A stretch of 64,000 bases of DNA. Origin: Candidatus Omnitrophota bacterium. GTDB lineage: Bacteria > Omnitrophota > Gorgyraeia > Gygaellales > JBFMHM01. Positions 38,580 through 52,967 of the stretch are shown piece by piece (position 1 is the stretch's first letter; every line of letters starts with the position of its first letter). Under the pieces are notes generated by a model. It was not told the DNA's origin and ran no database searches. It saw only the letters and a program-made list of their open reading frames with translations. Location of the stretch: the NCBI GenBank assembly GCA_040753015.1, contig JBFMHM010000001.1, forward strand, positions 147,157 to 211,156, read 5' to 3'. The position numbers and the translations under genes are program-made.

Positions 38580-39410
38580 TCATTTTCTATGTTTTAATAT
38601 ATATTTATCCGAATATTTTTGCTTCTTGCGTGTTTTGTAACCTTTTGTCGGCATACCCCAACGGCTGACAGGGTGAGGATTTCCTTGTCCGCTCTTACCT
38701 TCGCCTCCACCGTGTGGATGGTCAACTGGATTTCTCACAACACCACGTGATCGTGGATGACGGCCTAACCAGTTTGACCGGCCAGCCTTACCTATCGACA
38801 TAGCTTTATTATCAGGATTGCTTACTTGCCCTAGAGTAGCAAAACAATCAATAGCAACTAAGCGCGTTTCACCTGAAGTAAGCTTAATATGCGCATAATC
38901 GCCTTCCTTTGCCATTAATTGCGCACTAGAACCAGCTGCCCTTATAATCTGCCCACCTTTACCCTTTGATAATTCAATATTATGTATGGATGTTCCTAAG
39001 GGAATATGTCTTAGAGGCATACAATTACCGATCTTTATATCTATTGGATTACGTGAACTTAATACCTCATCACCTAGCCTTATTCCAGATGGTGCAATAA
39101 TATAACGCCTTTCCTTATCTGGATATTCGATAAGAGCAATTCGGCTTGTTCTGTTTGGATCATATTCAATAGCAATAACTTTACCTAGAGCATCAAATTT
39201 ATCCCGCTTAAAATCAATAACGCGGTACATCCTTTTATGCCCGCCAGAATGCCTATATGCTGTAATCCTACCGTGGCAATTTCTGCCCCCACTTTTTTTC
39301 AAAGGTTTTAATAGTGATTTTTCCGGATATGATTTTGTTATTTCCTTAAAATCAGAAATAATCGTCCAGCGTAAACTCGGTGTTGTTGGTCTATAGTTTT
39401 TCAATCCCAT
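38580..39410 (-). CDS. rplB: 50S ribosomal protein L2
   Basis: 276 aa, L2. Confidence 0.95.
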   Translation of the reverse strand: MGLKNYRPTTPSLRWTIISDFKEITKSYPEKSLLKPLKKSGGRNCHGRITAYRHSGGHKRMYRVIDFKRDKFDALGKVIAIEYDPNRTSRIALIEYPDKERRYIIAPSGIRLGDEVLSSRNPIDIKIGNCMPLRHIPLGTSIHNIELSKGKGGQIIRAAGSSAQLMAKEGDYAHIKLTSGETRLVAIDCFATLGQVSNPDNKAMSIGKAGRSNWLGRHPRSRGVVRNPVDHPHGGGEGKSGQGNPHPVSRWGMPTKGYKTRKKQKYSDKYILKHRK

Positions 39411-39412
39411 GA

Positions 39413-39694
39413 TTAAGTAACCTCTATCTTAGAGCCTTCTTTTAAACTAACAAGCGCCTTTTTCCAATCTGAAGTATATCCTTCCTGGTAACGCACTCGT
39501 TTTAATTTTCCAGGCATATTAATTGTATTCACTGAATGAACTTTCACCTTATAGATTTCCTCTATTGCTTTCTTAATCTGCAATTTATTTGCATTATTAG
39601 CCACAAGGAACAAATATTTATTAAGCGGTTCTTGTAAACTACTTTTTTCGGTTCTTAATAAACTTTTTACTATATTGTAATTAGATACTTTCAT
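39413..39694 (-). CDS. rplW: 50S ribosomal protein L23
   Basis: 93 aa, L23. Confidence 0.95.
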   Translation of the reverse strand: MKVSNYNIVKSLLRTEKSSLQEPLNKYLFLVANNANKLQIKKAIEEIYKVKVHSVNTINMPGKLKRVRYQEGYTSDWKKALVSLKEGSKIEVT

Positions 39695-40319
39695 TTTTTA
39701 TAAATTTTAATAGCGCCTTTAACGCATCTTCAACGACAATTATTTTTTTATTTTCTAGAATAATCTGAGCGTTTAATTTATCTGGTTCGATTAATGTTAC
39801 ACCTTTTATATTTCTTATTACGCGCTCTAGATTATCGGTCTTTTTGTTAACAATAACTAATATAGAGCTACCGATTAATTTTAATTTTTTGAATAGATTA
39901 TGTGCTTCTTTTGTTTTAGCAGAATTAAATTCTATTTTCTCCAATAACATAACGTTGTTATCTTTTAATTTTGCATTAATACTAGAAATAAGAGCGGATT
40001 TTCTTATCCTCTTAGGTAGACCTTTAGAAAAATCTCTTGGGTGCGGCCCGAATACTACGCCTCCTTTACGCCAAAGAGGCGAACGAATTGACCCGTGGCG
40101 AGCCCTGCCTGTACCCTTTTGCGCCCAAGGCTTCTTTCCTCCACCAGAAACTTCACCTCTGGTTTTTGTAGCAGCGAGCCCCCTGCGGGCATTTGCTTGA
40201 TAAATATTCACGGCTTGATAAATAACCGCCGTGTTCACTGAGCCATCAAAAATATTTTTATCAAGCTCTACATGCTTCAATTCTTTACCTTCTTGATTAT
40301 ATAAATTTAACTTAAACAT
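39681..40319 (-). CDS. rplD: 50S ribosomal protein L4
   Basis: 212 aa, L4. Confidence 0.95.
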   Translation of the reverse strand: MFKLNLYNQEGKELKHVELDKNIFDGSVNTAVIYQAVNIYQANARRGLAATKTRGEVSGGGKKPWAQKGTGRARHGSIRSPLWRKGGVVFGPHPRDFSKGLPKRIRKSALISSINAKLKDNNVMLLEKIEFNSAKTKEAHNLFKKLKLIGSSILVIVNKKTDNLERVIRNIKGVTLIEPDKLNAQIILENKKIIVVEDALKALLKFIKNESI

Positions 40320-40343
40320 AATTTATCAGTGTAGTCTGTTTAA

Positions 40344-40949
40344 TCATTTCTTCTTCGCTCTTTTTACAATAACATAATGATTTTTAGGCCCGGGGATTGC
40401 GCCTTTTACACAAATAATATTTTTTTCTGGCAACACTTTAATAATCTCTAAATTTTGGACTGTTATTTGTTTATTCCCCATATGGCCCGGCATATGATGC
40501 CCGCGGAATACGCGGCTTGGAGTTGCGCTTGAACCTACAGAACCAACGCGTCTTTTTGAAGTAGAACCATGTGTGCGAGGCCCACCTTTCCAATGCCAAC
40601 GCTTCATACCTCCCTGAAAACCTTTACCGATAGATCTCCCACTAACATCAACAAAATCACCTTGTTTAAAAAAATCTACGGTTAATTCTTGGCCTATTTT
40701 ATATTCTTGGCTATCTTTAATAAATTCTTTAATAATTTTCCTCGGCGGAGTGTTTAATTTTTTAAATATACCTAATTGTGGTTTTTTTACATTCTTTTCT
40801 TTAACAGAACCAAAACCGATTTTTACTTTTTTCTCTGATAATCCCAAAATAATACAAGGCCCGGCCTCAATAATACTAATTGGCATAATCTTGCCGTCTT
40901 CCTTGAAAATTTGCGACATCCCAATTTTTTTACCAATTAAACCCATCAT
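40344..40949 (-). CDS. rplC: 50S ribosomal protein L3
   Basis: 201 aa, L3. Confidence 0.95.
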   Translation of the reverse strand: MMGLIGKKIGMSQIFKEDGKIMPISIIEAGPCIILGLSEKKVKIGFGSVKEKNVKKPQLGIFKKLNTPPRKIIKEFIKDSQEYKIGQELTVDFFKQGDFVDVSGRSIGKGFQGGMKRWHWKGGPRTHGSTSKRRVGSVGSSATPSRVFRGHHMPGHMGNKQITVQNLEIIKVLPEKNIICVKGAIPGPKNHYVIVKRAKKK

Positions 40950-41245
40950 CTTATTTCTACGTCCACGCCACTAGCTAAATTCATTTTCTTTAAAGCATCG
41001 ATTGTTTTTGCAGTTGGATTAACTATCTCTATCAGGCGTTTATGAGTAGCTATACCAAATTGTTCCCTAGATTTTTTATCTATAATAGGAGACCGCAATA
41101 CCGTATAGATTTCTTTTTTTGTCGGTAAAGGAATGGGCCCAGAAATTAAAGACCCAGTCCTTTTAACCGTGTCTACTATCTCTTTAACTGCCTGATCTAA
41201 TAACCTATGATCGTATGCCTTTAATTTAATTCGTATTTTTTGCAT
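40946..41245 (-). CDS. rpsJ: 30S ribosomal protein S10
   Basis: 99 aa, S10. Confidence 0.95.
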   Translation of the reverse strand: MQKIRIKLKAYDHRLLDQAVKEIVDTVKRTGSLISGPIPLPTKKEIYTVLRSPIIDKKSREQFGIATHKRLIEIVNPTAKTIDALKKMNLASGVDVEIR

Positions 41246-41251
41246 GTGTTT

Positions 41252-42457
41252 TTATTTAATTATTTCACTAACAACACCCGCGCCAACCGTACGGCCACCT
41301 TCACGGATTGCAAAGCGTGACTCTTTCTCCATAGCGATAGGCACAATTAACTCAACTTCTAAATTAACATTATCACCAGGCATAACCATTTCAACGCCTT
41401 CTGGCAAAGTGACATCTCCCGTAACATCCGTAGTACGGAAATAGAATTGTGGCCTATATCCTTTAAAAAATGGAGTGTGTCTGCCACCTTCTTCTTTAGT
41501 TAAAACGTACACTTGAGCTTTAAATTTAGTATGAGGTGTTATAGATCCCGGTTTTGCTAAAACCATACCCCGCTCTAAATCATCCTTTTCGATACCACGA
41601 AGAAGCAAACCTACGTTATCACCGGCTTGGCCTTCATCGAGAAGTTTCCTGAACATTTCTATACCTGTAACAACTGTCTTGCGAGATTCTTTTAAACCAA
41701 TTACCTCAACTTCATCATTGACTTTAACAATTCCTCTTTCAATCCTACCTGTAGCAACTGTACCACGGCCAGAAATAGAAAACACGTCCTCAACAGCCAT
41801 AAGAAATGGCTTATCTAAATCGCGAGTAGGTTGTGGAATGAATTCATCGCAAGCCTTCATTAAATCCAAGATTGGTTTGCAATTAGGACAATCATCTTTT
41901 GCACAGGCACATTCTGTTGCCTTTAAACCAGATCCTCTAATAATCGGGGTCTTTGCACCTGGAAAATTGTATTTTGTAAGAAGCTCTCTTACTTCCATTT
42001 CAACAAGATCAATTAATTCTTTATCGCCTTCGGCAACCATATCAACCTTGTTTAAGAATACAACAATTGCCGGAACATTTACCTGGCGAGCCAAAAGAAT
42101 ATGCTCTCTTGTTTGAGGCATCGGACCATCAGGGGCAGAAACTACTAGAATCGCACCATCCATCTGAGCTGCACCAGTAATCATGTTTTTAATATAGTCG
42201 GCATGGCCCGGACAGTCTATATGAGCATAGTGACGGTTTGCTGTTTGATATTCAACATGTGAAATATTAATCGTTACACCACGCTCTTTTTCTTCTGGAG
42301 CATTATCAATAGTATCATAAGCGCGCGCTTCAGCTAATCCTTTCTTATGAAGAACCATAGTAATTGCTGAAGTTAAAGTAGTCTTACCATGATCAACATG
42401 GCCAATTGTCCCAATATTCAAATGTGGTTTACTCCTAACAAACTTTTCTTTACTCAT
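41252..42457 (-). CDS. tuf: elongation factor Tu
   Basis: [14 protein letters not shown] and NKVD motifs. 401 aa. Confidence 0.97.
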   Translation of the reverse strand: MSKEKFVRSKPHLNIGTIGHVDHGKTTLTSAITMVLHKKGLAEARAYDTIDNAPEEKERGVTINISHVEYQTANRHYAHIDCPGHADYIKNMITGAAQMDGAILVVSAPDGPMPQTREHILLARQVNVPAIVVFLNKVDMVAEGDKELIDLVEMEVRELLTKYNFPGAKTPIIRGSGLKATECACAKDDCPNCKPILDLMKACDEFIPQPTRDLDKPFLMAVEDVFSISGRGTVATGRIERGIVKVNDEVEVIGLKESRKTVVTGIEMFRKLLDEGQAGDNVGLLLRGIEKDDLERGMVLAKPGSITPHTKFKAQVYVLTKEEGGRHTPFFKGYRPQFYFRTTDVTGDVTLPEGVEMVMPGDNVNLEVELIVPIAMEKESRFAIREGGRTVGAGVVSEIIK

Positions 42458-42480
42458 TTAACACCTCCAAATTATAATCT

Positions 42481-44553
42481 CTATTTTCTTGTACCTATTA
42501 ACGTTTGTGCTATATGTGAAGGCACCTCAGCATAATACGAGGGCTCCATTGTATAAGTAGCGCGGCCTGCTGTCAATGATCTTACTGCGGTTGCATAATT
42601 AAAAACCTCTGCTAAAGGAGTATTTGCTTTAATAATCCTTAAACTACCGCGTTCAGAAATTGTATTAATTTTAGCACGCCTTGAATTTAAATCTCCAATA
42701 ACTGCACCCATATGATCTGCGGGCGTGATAACTTCCATATCCATAATTGGTTCGAGTAAAATTGGCTTAGCAATTCTTAAAGCCTCTGAAAAAGCGATAG
42801 AAGCTGCCATTTGAAATGCAATCTCTGAAGAATCTACTTCATGATACGAACCATCGACTAAAGTCACAATCACATCCACAACCGGATAACCCGCGAGCAC
42901 CCCGCTTTTTGAAGATTCATTGACACCTTTTTTAACCGCGGGAATAAATTCGCGAGGTATTGCACCACCTCTAATTTTATCTACAAATTCTATCCCCTTA
43001 CCCGGCGTATCCTGTGGTTCCATCTCAATTACAACATGACCGTATTGGCCGCGGCCGCCAGATTGTTGAACAAATTTACCAGTTTGAGTAACCTTCTTAG
43101 TGATAGTTTCTTTATAAGCAACGTTAGGCTGGCCTACACGAGTAGCAACATTAAACTCTCTTAATAATCTATCAACCATAATTTCAAGATGCAGCTGGCC
43201 CATACCTGAAATAATAGTCTGCCCCGTTTCCTGATTATATTTGACTCTAAAACTTGGATCTTCATCTAATAATTTACGAAGGGCAATACCAAGTTTATCC
43301 TGATCAATCTTCTTGTCCGGCTCAATCGACTGAGATATAACCGGTTCAGGAAATTTCATCGACTCTAGAAGAATCGTGGAGTTTTCGTTACATAATGTAT
43401 CACCTGTAATCGTATCCTTTAAACCAACCAACGCCACAATCTGTCCTGCTTCAGCTTCATTCAATATTTCTTGTTTATTAGCATGCATTTGAACAATTTT
43501 TGCAACACGCTCTTTAGTTCTTTTTGTTGCGTTATAAATATAAGTCCCGCTTGAAATAACACCAGAATAAATACGAGTATAATTAAGCCTTCCTACAAAA
43601 GGATCAACTGCTACCTTAAAACATAAAGCACAAAGTGGGGCTTCGCGGGAAGGAATCCTCTCCTGAAATTCACCAGTATCTGGATCCTGTCCTTTTACTG
43701 GAGGCATATCCAATGGCGAAGGTAAATATTCTGTAACACCATCGAGTAAAAGCTGCACCCCTTTATTTTTAAATGCGCTTCCGCAAAATACTGGCACAAG
43801 CTGGCTTTTAATAACAACTCTGCGAATCGCTTTTTTAATTTCATCATTTTTTATCTCTTGGTTATTAAGAAATTTATCCATTAATATATCATCAACTTCT
43901 GCTAATTTTTCGATTAAATGAGCCCATCCTTTAGCTGCTTTTTCCTGATACTCATCAGGTATACCAACAGCCTCCATTTCTTTACCTAACTCATCTTTAA
44001 AAATAAAAGACTTCATTTCAATTAAATCAACAACACCAATGAATTTATCGCCTACACCATAAGGAAGCTGAACTGGTACGCATGGCACATGAAATCTTTC
44101 ATTCATTTGCCCTATAGTCATATCAAAATCCGCCTCTGGCCTGTCCATTTTATTTATAAAAGCGATCCTTGGAACATTATATCTATCAGCCTGGCGCCAA
44201 ACAGTTTCAGATTGAGGTTCAACCCCATTAACACCGCAAAATACGACTACCGCGCCATCTAATACCTTCAAAGATCTTTCTACTTCAATTGTAAAATCAA
44301 CGTGCCCTGGTGTATCAATTATATTAATCTCGCAATCGCGCCAATGGCATTTTGTAGACGCGCTTGTTATGGTGATACCGCGCTCTTTTTCCTGCTCCAT
44401 CCAATCCATAGTGGCTGCGCCATCATGAACATTGCCTATCTTATATATTCTGCCGGTATAAAAAAGCACACGTTCGGTTGTTGTTGTCTTACCAGCATCA
44501 ATATGCGCTATAATTCCAATATTTCTTACTTTTGATAAATCTGTCTTAGCCAT
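42481..44553 (-). CDS. fusA: elongation factor G
   Basis: 690 aa with GTPase motifs AHIDAGKTT and DTPGHVDF. Confidence 0.97.
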   Translation of the reverse strand: MAKTDLSKVRNIGIIAHIDAGKTTTTERVLFYTGRIYKIGNVHDGAATMDWMEQEKERGITITSASTKCHWRDCEINIIDTPGHVDFTIEVERSLKVLDGAVVVFCGVNGVEPQSETVWRQADRYNVPRIAFINKMDRPEADFDMTIGQMNERFHVPCVPVQLPYGVGDKFIGVVDLIEMKSFIFKDELGKEMEAVGIPDEYQEKAAKGWAHLIEKLAEVDDILMDKFLNNQEIKNDEIKKAIRRVVIKSQLVPVFCGSAFKNKGVQLLLDGVTEYLPSPLDMPPVKGQDPDTGEFQERIPSREAPLCALCFKVAVDPFVGRLNYTRIYSGVISSGTYIYNATKRTKERVAKIVQMHANKQEILNEAEAGQIVALVGLKDTITGDTLCNENSTILLESMKFPEPVISQSIEPDKKIDQDKLGIALRKLLDEDPSFRVKYNQETGQTIISGMGQLHLEIMVDRLLREFNVATRVGQPNVAYKETITKKVTQTGKFVQQSGGRGQYGHVVIEMEPQDTPGKGIEFVDKIRGGAIPREFIPAVKKGVNESSKSGVLAGYPVVDVIVTLVDGSYHEVDSSEIAFQMAASIAFSEALRIAKPILLEPIMDMEVITPADHMGAVIGDLNSRRAKINTISERGSLRIIKANTPLAEVFNYATAVRSLTAGRATYTMEPSYYAEVPSHIAQTLIGTRK

Positions 44554-44558
44554 TTAAT

Positions 44559-45029
44559 TTACCACCTAAAGTGAGCAAAAGCCTTATTAGACTCTGCCAT
44601 CTTATGGGTATCATCTCGTTTTTTAATTGCTGACCCTTCTCCTTTATAAGCAGAAATGATCTCGTCAGCCAGCTTTTCCTCCATTGGCTTACCCTTTTTA
44701 ATACGGGCAAAATCTCTAATCCATCTAAGCGCAAGACTAATGCCCCTTAATTCTTTTACCTCAATAGGTACCTGATAAGTCGCTCCTCCTACCCGCCTTG
44801 GTTTTACTTCAAGCCTAGGCCTTGCGTTATCAAGCGCTTTATTTAATATTTTTATAGCATCGTTTTCCCCGAGTTTCTCACTAGTAATATCTAAAGCGCC
44901 ATAAACAATATTTTCTGCTAAAGATTTTTTACCATCAGTCATAACCATATTAATAAATCTAGCAATAATTTTATTTTTATATTTTGGATCTGGTATTATT
45001 TCTTTATCAAATACTCTTTTTCTTCTCAT
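44559..45029 (-). CDS. rpsG: 30S ribosomal protein S7
   Basis: 156 aa, S7. Confidence 0.95.
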   Translation of the reverse strand: MRRKRVFDKEIIPDPKYKNKIIARFINMVMTDGKKSLAENIVYGALDITSEKLGENDAIKILNKALDNARPRLEVKPRRVGGATYQVPIEVKELRGISLALRWIRDFARIKKGKPMEEKLADEIISAYKGEGSAIKKRDDTHKMAESNKAFAHFRW

Positions 45030-45032
45030 AGT

Positions 45033-45404
45033 TTATTTTGGTTTTTTTGCTCCATATTTAGAACGCGATCTTTTTCTATTTGCTACTCCCGCAGTATCAA
45101 GAGTGCCTCTAACAATGTGATATCTAACGCCCGGTAAATCTTTTACTCTTCCACCACGAACAAGAACAATTGAATGCTCTTGCAAATTATGGCCTTCTCC
45201 AGGAATATAACCTGTAACTTCGATACCAGTTGTTAAACGAACTCTTGCAATTTTACGGAGTGCTGAATTTGGTTTTTTAGGTGTCATAGTCCTAACTTGC
45301 AGGCAAACGCCGCGCCTTTGAGGACAATTCATCAACGCTGGTGATTTTGACTTCTTGGCTTTTGACCTTCTAGAATTCCTGATTAACTGTGAAATTGTTG
45401 GCAT
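45033..45404 (-). CDS. rpsL: 30S ribosomal protein S12
   Basis: 123 aa with a [10 protein letters not shown] motif. Confidence 0.97.
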   Translation of the reverse strand: MPTISQLIRNSRRSKAKKSKSPALMNCPQRRGVCLQVRTMTPKKPNSALRKIARVRLTTGIEVTGYIPGEGHNLQEHSIVLVRGGRVKDLPGVRYHIVRGTLDTAGVANRKRSRSKYGAKKPK

Positions 45405-45406
45405 TT

Positions 45407-48400
45407 TTACCCCGCGCTCGCTTTTTCTTCTTGTTTTTCTTCTGATCCCATAATAGTATCGAGAATCCCATGTTTAACCAATTCAATATCTCTATGCTGC
45501 TTTAGGCCGGTTCCTGCTGGAATTAAATGGCCAACAATAACATTTTCTTTCAAACCAAATAATTCATCTTTCTTGCCTGAGGCCGCGGCCTCAGTTAAAA
45601 CCCTAGTTGTTTCTTGAAAACTCGCAGCTGAAATAAAACTTTCTGTGCTAAGAGATGCTTTTGTTATACCTAAAAGCATCGGCGTTGCAGAAGCAGGCTT
45701 GCCTTTTTTCTTTAAAACCTTTTCATTTTCTTTTTGAAAAACCCACCTATCGACTTGTTGTGCTGGTAAAAACTGAGCATCTCCAGGATCTTCAATTCTT
45801 ACTTTCTTAAGCATTTGCCTAATAATAAGCTCTATATGTTTGTCATTTATACGTACGCCCTGCAAGCGGTATACTTCCTGAACTTCATTCACAAGGTATT
45901 CTTGGAGAACTTTATCACCGCAAACACGCAGTATATCTTGAAGAACAATCGGGCCATCAGTTAACTGTTGGCCTGCTGTTACTCTATCGCCCTTATAAAC
46001 ATTAGGATGCTTTCCATGCGGAATCGTATATTCTCTCTTCATTCCTGTAGGCGAGCGTACAATTATAACACGTTGTCCTTTTTTTGTCTCGCCAAATTCT
46101 ACATATCCATCTATTTCAGAAATAACTGCCGGATCTTTTGGACGACGAGCCTCGAAAAGCTCTGCAACACGAGGCAAACCACCGGTAATATCCCTTGTTT
46201 TTCCTACAAGCCGCGGAATCTTCGCAAGCAAATCTCCAGCATCAAGCTCTTGGCCATCTTTAACCATAATATGCGCACCAATAGGAATGGGGTATATTCC
46301 TAATACCTCTTTTTCTTTATTCATAACAATAATCTGAGGATGATAATCCTGCTTATATTCCACAACAACTCTCTCTGAAATATTTGTAACAGGATTTAAT
46401 TCTTCCTTTACCGTAACATCTTCAATTAAGTCTTCATATCTTACTATACCTTTTACTTCTGTCAAGATAGGAAGTGTATAAGGATCCCAATGAACAAAAT
46501 TTTCACCTTTAGCAATAACTGTACCTTCGGCGGCCGCAATAAATGCGCCTTGGGGAATCGTATACCTTTCAAGCTCACGCCCATCTTCGTCATTAATACT
46601 GATTGCGCCGTTACGATTCAAAACAATAAATTCTTTAGCTTTAGCAACTGTGCGTAAGCTATGATATTTAATAATACCTTTATTTTTACTTTTCAGCGAA
46701 GATTGCTCAATAATACGAGAAGCCGTGCCGCCGATATGGAAAGTTCTCATTGTTAACTGCGTTCCAGGTTCGCCTATACTTTGTGCGGCAATAATACCCA
46801 CTGCTTCGCCAATTTCTACCATACGCCCTGACCCAAGATTTCTGCCATAACACTTACAACAAACACCGCGCTCTATCTCACAGGTTAGAACACTTCTAAT
46901 ACGAATTCTTTCCATGCCTAATTTTTCAATTCTATCAGATGCTTCTTCAGATATCTGAACACCCGCTTCAACAATCACTTCATCAGTAATAATATCAACT
47001 ATGTTATCAAGAGCAACCCTGCCAATAATGCGCTCTTTCAAACTTACAACAACTTCATCGCCTTCAATAATTGCAGAAACAGTAATTCCGTTTAATGTAC
47101 CACAATCTTCTTCGGTCACAATTATTTCTTGTGCTACATCAACTAAGCGGCGCGTTAAATAACCTGCATCAGCAGTTTTAAGTGCTGTATCGGCAAGCCC
47201 TTTTCTTGCACCATGCGTTGAAATAAAATACTCAAGCATTGTCAAACCTTCTCTAAAATTTGCGGTTATCGGAGTTTCCATAATCTCTCCTGATGGTTTA
47301 GCCATAAGCCCTCTCATGCCCGATAATTGCCTAACCTGCATACGTGAACCACGAGCACCCGAATCAACCATCAGAAATAACGGATTAAACACATTCATCT
47401 CTTTAAATAAAAGATCTGATATCTTATCCGTTGTATGCGTCCATACATCAATGATCTTATTATATCTTTCCCGCTCTGTAATTATACCTTTGCGATAACG
47501 ATCCTCTACCCTGCCGACTTCTTGTTTTGCTTCTTTTAAAACAGATTCTTTTTCCTTTGGAATTTCTAAATCGGCAATTGAGATAGAAATACCCGCTAAA
47601 GTTGCATATTCAAAACCCAACTTCTTCATCTCGTCTAAAAGCTCTACAGTTTTTTGATGTCCAAAACGCTTATAACTTGCAGTTACAATATTGCCAATTT
47701 TAGATTTTGATAGTTCGCAATTTACAAAACCAAAATCTTTATTCAATAATTGATTAAAGATAACCCTTCCGCACGTCGTAGTAACTAATTCTTTATTCTC
47801 AACGGCCTGTAGAGTTTCAAAATCAAATAATAAATTAACCCTCAACTTAATCTTTGCCTGAAGATCTAATTCCTTATCATCATAAGCAATTATAACTTCC
47901 TCTAAATTCGAAAAGATCTTATTTTCTCCCTTAACACCTTTTTTCTCTTTAGTAAGATAACAACATCCAAGAATTATATCTTGGGTTGGAGATATAATCG
48001 GCCGTCCATCTGCGGGAGAAAACACATTATTTGAAGCATACATTAATATCTTTGCCTCTGATTGGGCTTCTAAAGATAGAGGAACATGCACAGCCATTTG
48101 ATCGCCATCAAAATCTGCGTTAAATGCTGTACAAACTAATGGATGTATTTTAATAGAATTGCCTTCAATTAAAATTGGCTGAAATGCTTGGATGCTTAAA
48201 CGATGTAGAGTGGGTGCGCGGTTTAAAAGTACCGGATGATCTTTAACTACCTCATCTAAAATGTCCCATACTTCTATCTTTGCGCGTTCAACCATGCGAC
48301 GAGCACCTCTAATTGTATGTACAAAACCTTTTTCGCGAAGTTTTCTAATTATAAATGGCTCGAATAACTCTAGTGCCATTTTCTTCGGAAGGCCGCACTG

Positions 48401-49498
48401 ATAAAGTTTTAAATCAGGACCAACAACAATTACCGATCTTCCAGAATAATCAACGCGCTTACCGAGTAAATTTTGACGGAATCTGCCTTGCTTACCTTTA
48501 AGCATATCGGAAAGCGATTTTAACGGCCTAGAATTAGCGCCAAGCACAGGCCTTCCATGCCTGCCGTTATCTAAAAGCGCATCAACCGCTTCCTGAAGCA
48601 TCCTTTTCTCATTACGAATAATTATTTCTGGTGCATTTAATTCTATTAATTTTTTAAGCCTATTATTCCTATTAATTACCCTGCGGTATAAATCATTTAA
48701 ATCAGAAGTTGCAAATCTACCACCGTCGAGTGGAACAAGTGGCCTTAAATCTGGAGGAATCACAGGGATAACCTCTAAAATCATCCATTCAGCTTTATTA
48801 CCAGAATTCTTGAAATCTTCGATTAGTTTTAATATTTTTACATTTTTACGGGCATTTGCAGAATCTTTGCTTTTATCTAGATCTGCTCTTAATTTTTTAC
48901 AAAGAGCATCTAGATCACTTTCTTTTAATAGGTCTAACACGGCTTCGGCACCTATTTTAGCTTTAAAATTCTGGCCATATTTAGCAGCGAGCTCTTGATA
49001 CTTATCTTCATTTATAAGCGATCTTTTCTTTAAAGGGGTAGTGCCGGGGTCAATTATAACAAATTCTTCATAGTAAATTACTTTTTCTAAATCCCTTAAG
49101 GTCATATCTAAAATTGCGGCAAGACGTGATGGAACAGCCCTAAAAAACCATATATGAGTTACAGGACAAGCTAAATCAATATGCCCCATTCGCTCACGTC
49201 TTAAAACTGATTTTTCAATTATAACACCACAACGATCGCAGATTACACCTTTAAACTTAATACCTTTGTATTTACCACAATTACATTCATAATCACGCAC
49301 AGGGCCAAAAATCTTTTCACAAAAAAGCCCATCTTTTTCTGGCTTAAGCGTACGATAGTTTACGGTTTCTGCTTTTCTAACCTCTCCCTTTGACCAAGAA
49401 CGAATAACTGCAGGTGAAGCTAATTTTATAGAAATACTATCAAACTGCTGCGGCTCTTGTGGTTTGTTATCTTTTTCTCTTAATTTATTCTTTGACAT
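45407..49498 (-). CDS. rpoC: DNA-directed RNA polymerase subunit beta'
   Basis: 1363 aa. N-terminal zinc finger and NADFDGD catalytic motif. Confidence 0.97.
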   Translation of the reverse strand: MSKNKLREKDNKPQEPQQFDSISIKLASPAVIRSWSKGEVRKAETVNYRTLKPEKDGLFCEKIFGPVRDYECNCGKYKGIKFKGVICDRCGVIIEKSVLRRERMGHIDLACPVTHIWFFRAVPSRLAAILDMTLRDLEKVIYYEEFVIIDPGTTPLKKRSLINEDKYQELAAKYGQNFKAKIGAEAVLDLLKESDLDALCKKLRADLDKSKDSANARKNVKILKLIEDFKNSGNKAEWMILEVIPVIPPDLRPLVPLDGGRFATSDLNDLYRRVINRNNRLKKLIELNAPEIIIRNEKRMLQEAVDALLDNGRHGRPVLGANSRPLKSLSDMLKGKQGRFRQNLLGKRVDYSGRSVIVVGPDLKLYQCGLPKKMALELFEPFIIRKLREKGFVHTIRGARRMVERAKIEVWDILDEVVKDHPVLLNRAPTLHRLSIQAFQPILIEGNSIKIHPLVCTAFNADFDGDQMAVHVPLSLEAQSEAKILMYASNNVFSPADGRPIISPTQDIILGCCYLTKEKKGVKGENKIFSNLEEVIIAYDDKELDLQAKIKLRVNLLFDFETLQAVENKELVTTTCGRVIFNQLLNKDFGFVNCELSKSKIGNIVTASYKRFGHQKTVELLDEMKKLGFEYATLAGISISIADLEIPKEKESVLKEAKQEVGRVEDRYRKGIITERERYNKIIDVWTHTTDKISDLLFKEMNVFNPLFLMVDSGARGSRMQVRQLSGMRGLMAKPSGEIMETPITANFREGLTMLEYFISTHGARKGLADTALKTADAGYLTRRLVDVAQEIIVTEEDCGTLNGITVSAIIEGDEVVVSLKERIIGRVALDNIVDIITDEVIVEAGVQISEEASDRIEKLGMERIRIRSVLTCEIERGVCCKCYGRNLGSGRMVEIGEAVGIIAAQSIGEPGTQLTMRTFHIGGTASRIIEQSSLKSKNKGIIKYHSLRTVAKAKEFIVLNRNGAISINDEDGRELERYTIPQGAFIAAAEGTVIAKGENFVHWDPYTLPILTEVKGIVRYEDLIEDVTVKEELNPVTNISERVVVEYKQDYHPQIIVMNKEKEVLGIYPIPIGAHIMVKDGQELDAGDLLAKIPRLVGKTRDITGGLPRVAELFEARRPKDPAVISEIDGYVEFGETKKGQRVIIVRSPTGMKREYTIPHGKHPNVYKGDRVTAGQQLTDGPIVLQDILRVCGDKVLQEYLVNEVQEVYRLQGVRINDKHIELIIRQMLKKVRIEDPGDAQFLPAQQVDRWVFQKENEKVLKKKGKPASATPMLLGITKASLSTESFISAASFQETTRVLTEAAASGKKDELFGLKENVIVGHLIPAGTGLKQHRDIELVKHGILDTIMGSEEKQEEKASAG

Positions 49499-52400
49499 AT
49501 TCTTTTTCCGTTTTTATGTCTAGGCACAAGCCCTGTAATTCTCTTAATAAAACATTAAATGATTCTGGCGTGCCAGAATAGAGTCTCTGTTCACCTTTTA
49601 CAATTGCTTCATAGATCCTCGTACGCCCTGCAACATCGTCACTTTTTACAGTCAACATCTCCTGTAAAGTTGCGGCTGCACCGTAAGCCTCAAGCGCCCA
49701 AACCTCCATTTCACCAAAACGTTGGCCGCCAAATTGCGCCTTACCGCCCAGCGGTTGTTGAGTAACTAAAGAATAAGGTCCTATGGAGCGAGCATGAATT
49801 TTTTCGTCAACCATATGAATCAATTTCATCATATAAATATAACCAACAGTAACTTTTTGATCAAATTGCTCTCCGGTATAGCCATCATAAAGATACACTT
49901 TGCCTGTTTCAGGAAGATTTGCATCTTTTAACATCTGTCTTATCTCTTCTTCACTGGCGCCATCAAAAATTGGCGTTGCAATTTTTAAACCCAGTATTTT
50001 TGCCGCCCAGCCAAGATGTGTTTCTAGGATTTGCCCAACATTCATACGTGAAGGAACGCCAAGCGGATTTAACACCACCTCTACTGGTGTCCCGTCTTCC
50101 AAGTATGGCATATCTGCTTCTGGTAAAATTCTTGCAACCACGCCTTTATTTCCATGCCGGCCAGCTAATTTATCGCCTTCAGCAAGTTTTCTTTTTGTCG
50201 CCACATAGACAACTACCCTCTTTAATACCCCTGGAGGTAAATCATCGCCACGCCTTATATTTTCAATTTCCTGATCTTGCTCTAACTCTAAATCTTTTAT
50301 CTGCTGTTCATATGAAAAAGATGCGATTTTGGCTTCTTCATTATCGTCGAAATTAATCTTATCAACTTTAGCTTTATCAACACCAAGTATCTGTGCAAGC
50401 TTTTTAATTCTTTCTTCATTTACATAATCAATTTCTTGTGCATAATATTTCTTAATCTCTCTGATTTTTGCAAGCTCTTTAGATTTATCTTCTTTAGATT
50501 TTCTACCTTTATCTTTTCGTTGAAAAATATTTACATCAATAACTACACCGTCCACACCTGGAGGCACAACTAAAGATGTATCTCTTACATCTTGAGCCTT
50601 TTCACCGAATATGGCACGAAGCAGCCTTTCTTCAGGAGAAAGCTCTGTTTCGGTTTTTGGCGTTACTTTACCAACCAAAATATCCCCGGGATGAACCTCT
50701 GCTCCAACCCTTACAATTCCGATTTCATCTAAATCTCGTAAGGCCTCCTCGCCAACATTAGGAATATCGCGCGTAATTTCTTCATTACCAAGCCTTGTTT
50801 CCGTAGCTTCAATCTCAAATTCCTCTATATGTATAGATGTAAAGCGATCCTCCCTAGCAACTTTCTCGTTAATCAATATTGCATCTTCAAAGTTACATCC
50901 GCGCCATGGCATAAAAGCAACTAAAAGATCTTTACCTAAAGCCAACTCTCCATCCTTAGTTCCTATACCATCAGCAATAACTTGGCCCTCTTCAATATGC
51001 TGCCCAAGTTTTACAACAGGGCGCTGGTTAATACAAGTATCAGCATTTGTACGTTTGAATTTCATTAATTCATAAGTTTTTGTGCCTATCATAATCGCCC
51101 TAGAATCAACTTCTTTAACTATGCCCGAAATATCGGCTTTTATTACTGCACCAGAATCACAAGCTACTTTTGCCTCCATATTCGTACCAACTAATGGAGA
51201 TTCTGTTATCATTAAAGGCACTGCCTGCCTCTGCATATTCGAACCCATAAGCGCACGGTTTGCATCATCATGCTCTAAAAATGGAATCAAAGAAGCTGCG
51301 ACAGATACAAGTTGCTTTGGAGAGATATCCATATATTCAACTTTTTTTGCATCAATCTTTGGAAAATCTCCTTTATAACGACAGAGAATATCTTTTTCTA
51401 TAAAATAACCTTCGTCGTCAAGTTTTACATTTGCCTGTGCAATAACTTTATTTTCTTCAATATCTGCGGTTAAATATTCGATTTTACGCGTTACTTTACC
51501 ATCTTCTACTTTTCTATAAGGTGTTTCTAAAAAACCTAATGGATTTATTCTAACATATGTTGCCAAAGAAGATATAAGCCCGATATTAGGCCCTTCCGGT
51601 GTTTCAATAGGACAAATCCTCCCATAATGGCTAGAATGTATATCTCTTACTTCAAAACCAGCCCGTTCTCTAGACAGCCCGCCAGGACCTAATGCGCTAA
51701 CCCTTCTTTTATGGGTTGTCTCGGCTAATGGATTAACCTGATCCATAAATTGGCTTAACTGGCTTCTTGCAAAAAAATCTTTAATTTGGCTTGAAAGTAA
51801 TTTTGAATTTATCAGATGATGAATACTTATATCTTTTATTTCTGCAACTAAAGACAGTCTTTCTCTTATTGATCTTTCTAAACGCGTAAGGCCGATTCTT
51901 ACTTGATTCTGCACAAGTTCCCCAACACTTTTAATACGACGGCTGCCAAGATGATCGATATCATCAATATCACCTTCCCCGCGCCTTAATTTTATTAAAT
52001 ATTCTAATGTTTTAATTACAGTATTAATTTCTAATATTCTGTAGTCAATATCTAAATTCATACCTAATTTTCTATTAATAATAAATCTGCCTGCTCTTGA
52101 TAAATCATATCTACGCGGATCAAAAAATAATCTATAAAATAAAGCCTCTGATGCCTCTTGGGTCACAGGTTCAGTAGGGCGCATTTTACGATAAAAATCA
52201 GTTAATGCCTGTTCTTTTGACTTAGTCAAATCTTTCTTTAATGTATTTTGTATTTCGGGGTACTCTTCGGTAAATGCTTTTATAATTTCTTCATCGGTTG
52301 AATAACCAAGTATTCTTAAAATTTGCGTTGCAGGAAAGGAGCGGCGCCTGTCAATATAAGCAACTATAGATTCGCTGATATCATATTTAAATTCAAGCCA

Positions 52401-52898
52401 TGCACCACGCGAAGGAATTATTCTTCCATAAAATATTTTTTTACCTGTCGGATGCCTTTCTTCTTCGAAACAAATACCAGGAGCTCTCTGGATTTGGCTA
52501 ACAACAACCCTTTCATCTCCATTGATTATAAAAGTAGCATTATCTGTCATTAAAGGTATTTCTCCAAAATAAACTTCCTGCTCTTTTATTTCTTCGGGAC
52601 TAATAAGCCTAAGCCTCACCTTCAAGCTTGAACTATAAGTAAGACTACGCCTGCGGCATTCTCCTACTGTATACTTTGGCTTACCTAAAGAATAATCAAT
52701 AAATTCAAGGCGCAATTTTGGATCCTGAATCTCAATAGGAAATATCTCTAAAAATACTTCCTGAAGCCCATCTGTTAACCTATCTTTGGCAGGTATATTT
52801 GCCTGTAAGAAATCTTTATAAGAAACAGTCTGCACTTCCAGTAGATTATTTACTGCGAAAACTTCTTTAAGTTTTGCAAAATTCTTTCTTTTTGTCAT
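49485..52898 (-). CDS. rpoB: DNA-directed RNA polymerase subunit beta
   Basis: 1137 aa with conserved beta-subunit regions. Overlaps rpoC by 14 nt. Confidence 0.97.
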   Translation of the reverse strand: MTKRKNFAKLKEVFAVNNLLEVQTVSYKDFLQANIPAKDRLTDGLQEVFLEIFPIEIQDPKLRLEFIDYSLGKPKYTVGECRRRSLTYSSSLKVRLRLISPEEIKEQEVYFGEIPLMTDNATFIINGDERVVVSQIQRAPGICFEEERHPTGKKIFYGRIIPSRGAWLEFKYDISESIVAYIDRRRSFPATQILRILGYSTDEEIIKAFTEEYPEIQNTLKKDLTKSKEQALTDFYRKMRPTEPVTQEASEALFYRLFFDPRRYDLSRAGRFIINRKLGMNLDIDYRILEINTVIKTLEYLIKLRRGEGDIDDIDHLGSRRIKSVGELVQNQVRIGLTRLERSIRERLSLVAEIKDISIHHLINSKLLSSQIKDFFARSQLSQFMDQVNPLAETTHKRRVSALGPGGLSRERAGFEVRDIHSSHYGRICPIETPEGPNIGLISSLATYVRINPLGFLETPYRKVEDGKVTRKIEYLTADIEENKVIAQANVKLDDEGYFIEKDILCRYKGDFPKIDAKKVEYMDISPKQLVSVAASLIPFLEHDDANRALMGSNMQRQAVPLMITESPLVGTNMEAKVACDSGAVIKADISGIVKEVDSRAIMIGTKTYELMKFKRTNADTCINQRPVVKLGQHIEEGQVIADGIGTKDGELALGKDLLVAFMPWRGCNFEDAILINEKVAREDRFTSIHIEEFEIEATETRLGNEEITRDIPNVGEEALRDLDEIGIVRVGAEVHPGDILVGKVTPKTETELSPEERLLRAIFGEKAQDVRDTSLVVPPGVDGVVIDVNIFQRKDKGRKSKEDKSKELAKIREIKKYYAQEIDYVNEERIKKLAQILGVDKAKVDKINFDDNEEAKIASFSYEQQIKDLELEQDQEIENIRRGDDLPPGVLKRVVVYVATKRKLAEGDKLAGRHGNKGVVARILPEADMPYLEDGTPVEVVLNPLGVPSRMNVGQILETHLGWAAKILGLKIATPIFDGASEEEIRQMLKDANLPETGKVYLYDGYTGEQFDQKVTVGYIYMMKLIHMVDEKIHARSIGPYSLVTQQPLGGKAQFGGQRFGEMEVWALEAYGAAATLQEMLTVKSDDVAGRTRIYEAIVKGEQRLYSGTPESFNVLLRELQGLCLDIKTEKEYVKE

Positions 52899-52967
52899 TT
52901 TATTTTATCCCCCGCATACTTACATATACGGTATCCATATCCCTCACACATAAATGTGGAGTTATTA

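Noticed and set aside
41679-42116. 145-aa plus-strand ORF
   Set aside because: Antisense to tuf. Spurious.
44546-44734. 62-aa minus-strand ORF at the rpsG/fusA junction
   Set aside because: Out-of-frame overlap with the rpsG 3' end. No conserved features.
49485-52898. Lys/Glu-rich block in rpoB ([15 protein letters not shown]...DDLPPGV) considered as a lineage-specific insertion
   Set aside because: Position corresponds to the variable beta-subunit insertion region present in many bacteria, including E. coli. Not novel.
52899-52967. rplL-rpoB intergenic region inspected for the classical attenuator hairpin
   Set aside because: Only 69 nt with no convincing stem-loop and T-run. No regulatory element can be supported.
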